Positions 23,158 to 30,017 of a stretch of 44,135 nt of DNA are shown one piece after another; position 1 is the first letter of the stretch, and each line of letters opens with the position of its first letter. Made by a program: the position numbers and the translations under genes. Where the stretch lies: the IMG/VR virus record IMGVR_UViG_3300034069_000450, positions 1-44,135 of that record. One strand, written 5' to 3'. The DNA comes from a virus. The notes beneath the pieces were generated by a model. It searched no databases. It had not been told where the DNA came from and saw nothing but the letters and a program-made list of their open reading frames with translations.

Positions 23158-23386
23158 CGCAAGCGAGCGGGAGTTCCCGTACGAGCCCAATCAGATGGAT
23201 CGCCGATCGCAGGTGGTCGAGGAAATGGCAGCGTTCCTCGCATGGGATCGCGGGGGACAGACGCACCCACTGTGCAGCTACGATCTCGACCGTGCCGAAG
23301 AGATGGTGACGGGTGAGGTCAATCTTCGCGCCGAGAACGAGCGCTTGAAGAAGCGCGTCGCCGAACTGGAGGGCGTTGTTCAATGA
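23144..23386 (+). CDS. Hypothetical protein (80 aa, C-terminal coiled coil)
   Basis: ORF track. It shares its 5' end (ATGACC..GACGCAAGCGAGCGGG) with the next gene. Confidence 0.5.
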   Translation: MTHPDASEREFPYEPNQMDRRSQVVEEMAAFLAWDRGGQTHPLCSYDLDRAEEMVTGEVNLRAENERLKKRVAELEGVVQ

Positions 23387-23889
23387 CCGACGCAAGCGAG
23401 CGGGTGAGGGAGGTGGCGGCGGGGCTCGCTCCCGTCATCTTCCTCGACATTGACGGGCCGATGATCCCGGCGACCATGTTCCTGATTGACCGGATGTGCT
23501 CGTTCAACCGCAACTTCCCGGCGACGACGATCGCGGTCGTTAACGACCTGTGCAAACGGACGGGTGCGAAGATCGTGTTCAACACAACGCACAACCGACC
23601 GTTCAATGGCGTGCCTGACATTGACGTGGCGCTGGTAGAGCAGGGGCTAAACGCCGCCCATCTGCACGACGACAAGCATACGTTGTACCCGAGCATCCCG
23701 CGCGACGTGGCGATCAAGGAATGGCTCGCCCGGCACGATGAGGTCGAAGCCTGGGTGGCTATTGATGACGTGCTGTGCGCCGACCCCGAACACATGATCC
23801 TCGTCGACCCGGATGCTGGCGTGCACGTCGGGCATCTGAACGACGCCGTTCGCATCCTTGGAGGTAAGCCGTGCCTGATCCTGATGTGA
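23383..23889 (+). CDS. HAD-superfamily phosphatase-like protein
   Basis: Motif I is IFLDIDGP. Also NTTH and a late acidic motif WVAIDD. Confidence 0.6.
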   Translation: MTDASERVREVAAGLAPVIFLDIDGPMIPATMFLIDRMCSFNRNFPATTIAVVNDLCKRTGAKIVFNTTHNRPFNGVPDIDVALVEQGLNAAHLHDDKHTLYPSIPRDVAIKEWLARHDEVEAWVAIDDVLCADPEHMILVDPDAGVHVGHLNDAVRILGGKPCLILM

Positions 23890-24182
23890 CTGCGCCCATG
23901 ACCGACCTAACCGAAGCAAAGCGGCTGGTGGAGGCGGCAAGGCAGTCCAGATACTGGTTTGATCTACGCCAGTCAGAGAAATGGTGGCACGAAAACGGCT
24001 CCACCCTCATCGCCGCGCACGAAGCCGCGTTGGCGATGGTGCGCGATCTGGCGGACGAGTTGGCGAGCGAGCTAGACGGCCGATACGCGAACATGCTTGA
24101 CCATCCTGCCATGAAGCACCGCTATGATCGGGATATGTCGACCGTGGTGGAGGCCCGCGCCCTTCTCGGAGATCGGTCGTGA
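23871..24182 (+). CDS. Hypothetical protein (103 aa)
   Basis: GTG 23871 lies 6 nt after GGAGG. Confidence 0.45.
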   Translation: MPDPDVTAPMTDLTEAKRLVEAARQSRYWFDLRQSEKWWHENGSTLIAAHEAALAMVRDLADELASELDGRYANMLDHPAMKHRYDRDMSTVVEARALLGDRS

Positions 24183-24430
24183 GGAAGTTTCAAATGCGGA
24201 AAGAGCAAATCGCTAGCGAGGGCTGGGGTTTAACCCCTGCATCTTGGGCAGTGGCATGGCAGCCAAACTTCTTAGGCGGAGGCGGGCGATACGATGTGGT
24301 CATGAACGGTTGCCAGCATCATGCTAGCTACGCCGACCGCGCTGCGGCTGAGTTAGAAGCGGCACGTATGAACTATCAGCGAGGAAGTTACTACCGCCCT
24401 ACTCAATACGGGCTAGATGGGTTAGCCTGA
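24179..24430 (+). CDS. Hypothetical protein (83 aa; alternative ATG at 24194)
   Basis: ORF track. Last gene of the plus arm. Confidence 0.45.
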   Translation: MRKFQMRKEQIASEGWGLTPASWAVAWQPNFLGGGGRYDVVMNGCQHHASYADRAAAELEAARMNYQRGSYYRPTQYGLDGLA

Positions 24431-24433
24431 CAA

Positions 24434-24461
24434 CCCCGCCCACCGTGACATGCTGGCGGGG
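24434..24461 (+). terminator. Hairpin CCCCGCC-N14-GGCGGGG just after the last plus-strand gene
   Basis: 7-bp GC stem read directly. No T-run follows. Confidence 0.3.
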
Positions 24462-24657
24462 AGTGCGCGGCGGGGTAACGTTGCCATCGTCGCCTTGGTC
24501 GAGCCGCCACCTCGTCCAACTAGCTAATAGCGTTGCGCACATACACCCGGCGATCAACCCGGATGGCCGGCGAACCGGACTTAAGTGCTGCGAAAGTCGA
24601 GGTGGGTGCACCGCTCGGCGAGAAAGCCCGCCGACCCCGCCTACGGATGACCAAAAC

Positions 24658-24688
24658 TTGTCACCCGCCGCAGCCTATCCACTATAAT
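24658..24688 (+). promoter_or_regulatory. Promoter-like TTGTCA-N19-TATAAT pointing into the 3' end of the lysis cassette (antisense)
   Basis: Perfect -10 hexamer at 24683-24688. It is followed by tandem ATGGATGCT(T)AG repeats, with no plausible plus-strand ORF downstream. Confidence 0.4.
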
Positions 24689-24864
24689 GGATGCTTAGCA
24701 TGGATGCTAGTCTCGCTTAGGCTTCCACAACGCTACCACGACCGGCACGACTTTCGGCGCCAGCTTGGTCACCACGCCCGGCACCACCAGCGACGCGACG
24801 ATCAGCGCCTTGTCGGGGTTCTCCTACACGACGCGGACGGCGGATTTGAGCATGCGGGCGAGGT

Positions 24865-25119
24865 TCATCGATCCGTTCCCTTTGTAAGAGCGTCCGCCTG
24901 CTTCTGCGCTAGCTCTCCGCCGTTCTTCGTGGCACCGAACGCCCACGATACGACACCATTGACGAAGGCAGTGCCGACGACTAGTGTGGTTATCGTCTTG
25001 AAGAATTCATCACCCCGCAGCCCTGGCACGAAGGCCATGAGCGTGATGAGATAGATCGCCAGCGCATAGACCGAAACGCCTACCCACCCACGGGCGTCGG
25101 GAAAGTGCCAGTCTCTCAC
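24865..25119 (-). CDS. Holin-like two-TM membrane protein (84 aa), paralog of 25691..25948
   Basis: Two hydrophobic helices with a charged C-terminus. It overlaps the endolysin stop (ATGA-type). Confidence 0.55.
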   Translation of the reverse strand: MRDWHFPDARGWVGVSVYALAIYLITLMAFVPGLRGDEFFKTITTLVVGTAFVNGVVSWAFGATKNGGELAQKQADALTKGTDR

Positions 25120-25694
25120 GCCTGCCCCCTATAGACCCGCGCCTCCACTTGCCGACGACGCGTGAGCCCCGCCAGCACCTTGCCGCCCGCCTTGTTCCAC
25201 TTCTCGAACTCGTCGGCGGCGCCGCTATAATCGCCAGCCTTGTGCTTGCGGAGAAGCGTCGAGCCCTCGAACGCCGACACGCCGACGTTGTACGCCATCG
25301 AGATCATCGCGGCCTTCTGTGCGTCCGTGGTGCGTGCGTCGCCGAGGGCCTTGGTCACACCGTCCGCGAACCGCTCCACGTCCTTCGCCAGTCGTGCGTC
25401 CGCTTCGTCTTGGGTCCATGTCACTCCCTTGCGAATACCGGGTCCTGTAGCGCCCCAGCCGATCGTCCAGGGATCTGCGCCGGTGCCGGGATCGGGGTAG
25501 GCGGTGAGACGGCAGCCTTCGAACTGCTTAATGAGCCCGAGCGCGATCGGCAGCCAAGCGTATTCACCAGCGAGGCGTTTCATGCCGGCTAGGTCCGCCA
25601 GCTCGTCCACCTTGGCGATGAGCGGCTTGGTGAAGCTGCGATCTGGCATCAACGGCCGGATCGCGTCGAATAGGGCGGTGCGTTGGTCGGTCAC
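25116..25694 (-). CDS. Endolysin, GH24 (T4/P22-type) lysozyme with ~45-aa N-terminal extension
   Basis: Catalytic E-D-T pattern: FEGCRLTAYPDPGTGADPWTIGWGAT. Confidence 0.85.
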   Translation of the reverse strand: MTDQRTALFDAIRPLMPDRSFTKPLIAKVDELADLAGMKRLAGEYAWLPIALGLIKQFEGCRLTAYPDPGTGADPWTIGWGATGPGIRKGVTWTQDEADARLAKDVERFADGVTKALGDARTTDAQKAAMISMAYNVGVSAFEGSTLLRKHKAGDYSGAADEFEKWNKAGGKVLAGLTRRRQVEARVYRGQA

Positions 25695-25948
25695 ATCGTC
25701 TCTCCCCGTAGGCGCCGGACTTCAGCCTCAAGGCGCTTGATTTCCTCGTTCTTCGTGGTGTCCTGCCGGTAGTGCCAAGCCAGTGCGATCCCGACCAAGC
25801 CGGTGATGACGATCGCCTGCGCGAGCGTGCGGAACAGTGTGTTGGCACCGGCCTGCGGCACGAAGGCGGTGATGCTGATGACGTAGAAGGTCAGCCCGAA
25901 CAGTGCGGCGGTGGGCCAGTCGTCAGCTAGGCGGGAGCGAACGGTCAT
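25691..25948 (-). CDS. Holin/antiholin-like two-TM membrane protein (85 aa)
   Basis: LFGLTFYVISITAFVP...IVITGLVGIALAW. It aligns with the 84-aa protein (shared AFVP, F[RK]T, W). Confidence 0.55.
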   Translation of the reverse strand: MTVRSRLADDWPTAALFGLTFYVISITAFVPQAGANTLFRTLAQAIVITGLVGIALAWHYRQDTTKNEEIKRLEAEVRRLRGETM

Positions 25949-26352
25949 GCTTCCGGCAACTCCGCTCCAAGAATCTCCGCCCGGTGTACGGCAGCTTTTT
26001 CTAGAGCCTCGGTCTTCATCTGAGACTCACGCATTGCCTTGACCCTCGTGGCGGCCTCCTTCGCCTTTTCAGGGTCCATCTCAATCATCATGATAAGCGC
26101 ATCTAGGCATTGAGTGACGTTGTTGAGCTTATGGCGGTCGACAGCGCGCTCGGCTTCGAGCTTCGCCATTCGCTTGCGCATCGCCTCCATTTCGGCCGCT
26201 CGTTCGGCAAGGAGGTTGGCTTCACGTTCGTTCGCCAATTTCTTCAACGCAGGGCGGCTTTTGACGATCGCTACCAGCACCCCGCCGATAAGCAGGTTCA
26301 TGGTGCTGAGCAGGATGGTGCGAACCGCTTGCGAGTCCAAAAAAGACCACAT
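25945..26352 (-). CDS. N-terminal TM plus coiled-coil protein (i-spanin-like or lysis regulator)
   Basis: TM helix LLSTMNLLIGGVLVAIV followed by a long charged helical region. Confidence 0.45.
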   Translation of the reverse strand: MWSFLDSQAVRTILLSTMNLLIGGVLVAIVKSRPALKKLANEREANLLAERAAEMEAMRKRMAKLEAERAVDRHKLNNVTQCLDALIMMIEMDPEKAKEAATRVKAMRESQMKTEALEKAAVHRAEILGAELPEA

Positions 26353-26354
26353 GG

Positions 26355-26636
26355 CTACACTCGCGGACCGCGCCCATACGCGCGGGCTAGAAGAATTATG
26401 TAGACGCCAGACGCTGCGCTAAGTCCGTAAAGCGCCTGCCACAGCACGATGCTATCCGGTGCCAGCAGCCAACGCAGGTTGAAGCCGACCATGACAAAAG
26501 CGGTGGAAAGGCACGCTAACCTCATAGGATCGCCGCGCCGCAAATCTTTGCCGAAAGCGGCCGACCAAGCGCCTGGGATCATATAGACAAGCATGATGCC
26601 CCAGACGACGACGTTAAGGATGCGCAGCTCTACCAT
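26355..26636 (-). CDS. Membrane protein (93 aa, ~3 TM)
   Basis: Starts at ATG 26636 (MVELRILNVVVWGIMLVYM). The track's N-terminal extension overlaps the upstream gene. Confidence 0.45.
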   Translation of the reverse strand: MVELRILNVVVWGIMLVYMIPGAWSAAFGKDLRRGDPMRLACLSTAFVMVGFNLRWLLAPDSIVLWQALYGLSAASGVYIILLARAYGRGPRV

Positions 26637-27103
26637 TCGTTGAGCCTGCGGCCGCGAGTAACTAACCGAAGTGCCGCTGTGTCTAGTCGTTCTGCCAGCC
26701 GTCTGATGTGCCGCCAATCAGCCGTGAGCGGAACAATGCCGACGCGGACCATCGACCAGCACCAATCCACTAGCCAAGCATCGTGCGAGTTGATGTAACC
26801 TCCCGCTTGCAAGGCGAGAACCGCTGCGGTTGGTCCGTAAAGTGCCGCAACGATATAATCAGCCTTTTCGCGGGCCACCCCCGCGACAGCGCCTATACCG
26901 ACGATCGCCATCGTCATGTCGATCAGCGTGAGCACGCCAACCTTTAAAGCGCCGAGCTGAAGATACCCAAAGTCAGCGCCGATCAGGTAGGCGAACTGCC
27001 CCGGCAACCAAACAAGCGCCACAGCCAGCGCCACCCGAGAGACCGGGATGAACGGCGCCACGCATAAGGCGATGGCAAGCAAGTAGAAGTCACCGGGGCC
27101 CAT
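26630..27103 (-). CDS. Polytopic membrane protein (157 aa)
   Basis: At least 4 hydrophobic segments. Confidence 0.5.
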   Translation of the reverse strand: MGPGDFYLLAIALCVAPFIPVSRVALAVALVWLPGQFAYLIGADFGYLQLGALKVGVLTLIDMTMAIVGIGAVAGVAREKADYIVAALYGPTAAVLALQAGGYINSHDAWLVDWCWSMVRVGIVPLTADWRHIRRLAERLDTAALRLVTRGRRLNEW

Positions 27104-27106
27104 TGA

Positions 27107-27232
27107 TTATTCGCCGGGGAGGGGAGGCGTAGGCGGAGGAGGCGGGGCCGGCGGATTGGGCCCACGAGGATCGGCATCCTGTGGCTTCACCGGCGCCACC
27201 TTCTCCACGATATCCTTCACAGGCTTCGTCAT
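27107..27232 (-). CDS. Small Pro-rich protein (41 aa, MTKPVKDIVEKVAPVKPQDADPRGPNPPAPPPPPTPPLPGE)
   Basis: SD GGAGAGAG lies upstream. It fills the gap between the tail-fibre and membrane-protein genes. Confidence 0.4.
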   Translation of the reverse strand: MTKPVKDIVEKVAPVKPQDADPRGPNPPAPPPPPTPPLPGE

Positions 27233-27270
27233 TCACTCTCTCCTGGCCGGATGGCGCCGGCCGTCGCATT

Positions 27271-29340
27271 TCATGCCCCAATCAGACCCGCCGCGCGCTG
27301 CTTGACGAGAAGGTCGTTGTGATCGGCGAGCAGGGCGTTGTGCGCGGTAACGAGGGCATTAAAGTCGGTCTGCGTCACAGCGTTGCTCAAGGCAGTAGGC
27401 GCGGCCCCTGCATTGCTCGCCGTCGCCGTGCTGTCCGGATCAGATGCGGCCGGCCCAAGCTGCTTATCCGCTCCGCTGATGCCGTAGTATGATGCCAGCC
27501 CGTCGTGGGTCGTGTTGCCGTACTTGACCACATCGTTGAACGGCAACTTGATGAAGCCTGACGACGCGACGCTGCCGGACGGTCGGTCGCCGTTTCTGCC
27601 GGTGTTGCCGGTGACCTGGATGATGCCGCCTGGGGTGCCGGTCAGCACCTCCATCTCCCACGTGCCGGTGAGGCCGACACGCTCCCATTGGCAGTCGTTG
27701 ACGCGGATGCTGCCGGTGAACTTGTCAATCCGAACGGCATGACCAGCCGCGCCCTTGATCGTGGTGCTGTCAATCGAGAAGTCCACCACGTTATCGACAC
27801 GGATGCCGAACGTTGCCGAACTGTCGACCGTGCCACCGCGAATTTTCAGGTTGCGAACGGCACCACCATTGTCGCCCCGCGCGCGAATTCCCTCATTGCG
27901 CGAGCCGACGATGTGTGGCGAAACGATCTCCACGTCTACCGCATCAGCGCCGCCCAGCGCGTAGATATGGAACGCGCCGTAGGGGTTGGTCGAACCCGCG
28001 TTGCCGCAGTTGATGGCGGTGCAGGAGATGAAGCGGGTAGCCTGGTTGCCGAACAGGCCTCCGCTCGACCCATCCGTGATGACGGCGAACCCGGCCAACG
28101 CAGCGTCCACCGCCGTGCAGTTGGCGAACATAATCTCGTTCGCACCGCCAGACACGAAGGCGCGAGCCTGACCGCCGCGCGTGTGGCAGTTGACGAAGCT
28201 GATCCGCGAAGGCGCGGCCAAGTCCTGCGTATAGCCGATGACCGTGAACAGGTCGTCGCCACCGCCCGACATAGTGGAATTGCTGACGCTGATGTCAGCG
28301 GCCTGATACGCCGTCGTGCCGACATGACCGCTGGTGATGTGGCAGCCGTCCGCGAAGCCGTCCTTGCCATGTAGATTATCGATCGTGCCGAGCGAGCAGC
28401 CGTAGAAGTACGCCTGGCTGCCCGACGAGCCGATCACCTGCACATTGCGGACGAGGAAATAATTGCAGAATAGGAATGCCAGCCCGTGATCGATGAACGC
28501 GCCTGGTCCACGTCCACCACCGCCGGTGTACTGGATCGTCAGGTCCTGCACCGAGCAGCCGTCAGCATTGAACTGAAGGGCCGCGTCATGGAGGCCGGTC
28601 GCTTCGATTACCGAAATGCCGATACCGCGACCGCGCAGTGACACAGCGTTGGTGCCGAACGACACGTTCTTGCTGTGGCGAAGGCGTCCGCGTGGTAGCC
28701 ACAGCTCCGACGTGCCGAACAAGCCGAGGTAGACCACCGCCTGCTCAAGGACCGTCTGATTGTCGAACGATGCCGACGTGGAACAGCCGAGCGCCGTGAG
28801 CGGCAGACCGGCGCTGTCATCGGCAACGAAGCGCGCCCCGCTCGCGTCCGTCGTCCACCAGAAGCCCTTGCCGGCCGCGTAGGTGCCCGCGAGGTCAAGC
28901 CCGCCGGTGTAGCGGTTGAACACCGCCTTACCGCGATCGGTAAAGCGGATGGTGTTGGTGCCGACGGGGATCGTGACACCGGCCAGCGCGGTAAACAGCC
29001 CTACGTCGGATACGTTGCCCCCGGGGTCGCCTTTGATGCCTTCCCCTGCGATACCCGGGATATACGGGTCGATCTGGTTCAACACCGTCCCGAACAGCCC
29101 GCGCAGAACGACCCGGTATGTCTTGCTGTTGTCGAGATAGATGGATGGCCAGACACCCGCAGCATTGGCGCTGAGCGGATTCGCCAAGGGCGTCGTCAAG
29201 GCGGCGTCAGCATAGACGGCCTGAAGCGTGTTGGTGCCCGACAGGTAGAAGGTCAGGGTAGCGCCTGGCACCACGATGCCATTCGCGTCCAACGCTGGAC
29301 GGAAAGGCAGGAAAAACAGACTGGCGGGCTGATCGGCCAT
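27271..29340 (-). CDS. Tail fibre/tailspike with right-handed beta-helix (pectate-lyase-like) body
   Basis: N-terminus FLPFRPALDANGIVVPGATLTFYLSGTNTLQAVYAD...IYLD is typical of phage fibre anchors. The central region has Gly/Asn/Val-rich periodic repeats. 689 aa. Confidence 0.7.
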   Translation of the reverse strand: MADQPASLFFLPFRPALDANGIVVPGATLTFYLSGTNTLQAVYADAALTTPLANPLSANAAGVWPSIYLDNSKTYRVVLRGLFGTVLNQIDPYIPGIAGEGIKGDPGGNVSDVGLFTALAGVTIPVGTNTIRFTDRGKAVFNRYTGGLDLAGTYAAGKGFWWTTDASGARFVADDSAGLPLTALGCSTSASFDNQTVLEQAVVYLGLFGTSELWLPRGRLRHSKNVSFGTNAVSLRGRGIGISVIEATGLHDAALQFNADGCSVQDLTIQYTGGGGRGPGAFIDHGLAFLFCNYFLVRNVQVIGSSGSQAYFYGCSLGTIDNLHGKDGFADGCHITSGHVGTTAYQAADISVSNSTMSGGGDDLFTVIGYTQDLAAPSRISFVNCHTRGGQARAFVSGGANEIMFANCTAVDAALAGFAVITDGSSGGLFGNQATRFISCTAINCGNAGSTNPYGAFHIYALGGADAVDVEIVSPHIVGSRNEGIRARGDNGGAVRNLKIRGGTVDSSATFGIRVDNVVDFSIDSTTIKGAAGHAVRIDKFTGSIRVNDCQWERVGLTGTWEMEVLTGTPGGIIQVTGNTGRNGDRPSGSVASSGFIKLPFNDVVKYGNTTHDGLASYYGISGADKQLGPAASDPDSTATASNAGAAPTALSNAVTQTDFNALVTAHNALLADHNDLLVKQRAAGLIGA

Positions 29341-29400
29341 CGGGCGCTTCCGGATATGAGCGGGAAGGGCACCATCCGGGCCGATTGCGAGTGGGTATGC

Positions 29401-29450
29401 CGCGTGGGGGCGGGGTGGAATACTAGGCGTTGCGTGGGGGCAGGGGGTGG
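29401..29450. repeat. G-rich direct repeats GCGTGGGGGC(G/A)GGGGTGG flanking motif copy 2
   Basis: 29402-29418 and 29432-29450 read directly, in the divergent gap between the tail-fibre gene and the moron. Confidence 0.6.
29419..29429 (-). promoter_or_regulatory. CGCCTAGTATT motif copy 2
   Basis: Exact 11-mer, 78 nt upstream of tail-fibre ATG 29340. Confidence 0.5.
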
Positions 29451-29480
29451 GTTAGCCTGCGCCAAAAGCGAGGGTTGATA

Positions 29481-29882
29481 ATGCGCTACGGCTTTGCTGG
29501 CGTTCTCCTATTAGCCGCTACGGGTAGTGCGGTCGGACAAACTACAACTTGCACAAATTGGTACAACACGACGACCTGCAATACACCGCCGCAAGCTCCT
29601 GGCGTGAACTGGGGCATCCTTCAGTCTCAACCTCAGCAATCTGTGATGGGCGCCTACCAGCAGGGTCGCGCCATTGCTCAGGAGCGCGCCAACCAGCAAG
29701 CGGCGATGGCGCAACAGCAAGCCAACGACATTGAGGCGCAGCGGCAAGGCGACCGCAATCAACGCGTGGGATCGCTAGTTGCGGCCGGACGATGCCAAGA
29801 CGCACTAACGACCGCTTTGAACGAGGGTGACTTTTCCTTGGCCGGTCAAGTCAAGAATGTTTGCGCCGAAGGGCGGAAGTAG
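29481..29882 (+). CDS. Secreted (signal-peptide) Cys-containing protein; opposite-strand moron with ejection-protein N-terminal mimicry
   Basis: Signal peptide MRYGFAGVLLLAATGSAVG/Q and 4 Cys. NWGILQ and AYQQGR are identical to the N-terminus of the 429-aa ejection protein. SD GCGAGGG lies upstream. Confidence 0.65.
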   Translation: MRYGFAGVLLLAATGSAVGQTTTCTNWYNTTTCNTPPQAPGVNWGILQSQPQQSVMGAYQQGRAIAQERANQQAAMAQQQANDIEAQRQGDRNQRVGSLVAAGRCQDALTTALNEGDFSLAGQVKNVCAEGRK

Positions 29883-29885
29883 ATC

Positions 29886-30017
29886 ATGACCCCAAGCATG
29901 TATACCCTGCCGTTCGCGACCGCGATATATTGGGCTGTCAAAGAGGCGTGGGGCTTGTACAAGGCGCGCTCAGCGTCCGTAGCTGAGAGCCAATCCGGAG
30001 CCGATGAGACCTCCTAG
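29886..30017 (+). CDS. Possible small ORF (43 aa) following the moron
   Basis: ATG lies 4 nt after the moron stop. It overlaps the 3' end of the convergent gene, which weakens the call. Confidence 0.2.
   Translation: MTPSMYTLPFATAIYWAVKEAWGLYKARSASVAESQSGADETS

Noticed and set aside
24707-24826. Minus-strand hydrophobic mini-ORF (..ALIVASLVVPGVVTKLAPKVVPVVVALWKPKRD) downstream of the last lysis gene. It was considered as a spanin or type I toxin.
   Set aside because: There is no ATG, and no well-placed GTG/TTG after the AGGAG-like sequence. The only candidate starts are poorly spaced, and the frame opens right after a TAG. It is kept only as context for the antisense-promoter finding.
24533-25054. 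173-aa plus-strand ORF across the convergence zone and antisense to the holin-like gene.
   Set aside because: It has no SD and an Arg/Pro/His-rich low-complexity translation. It overlaps the holin-like gene on the other strand.
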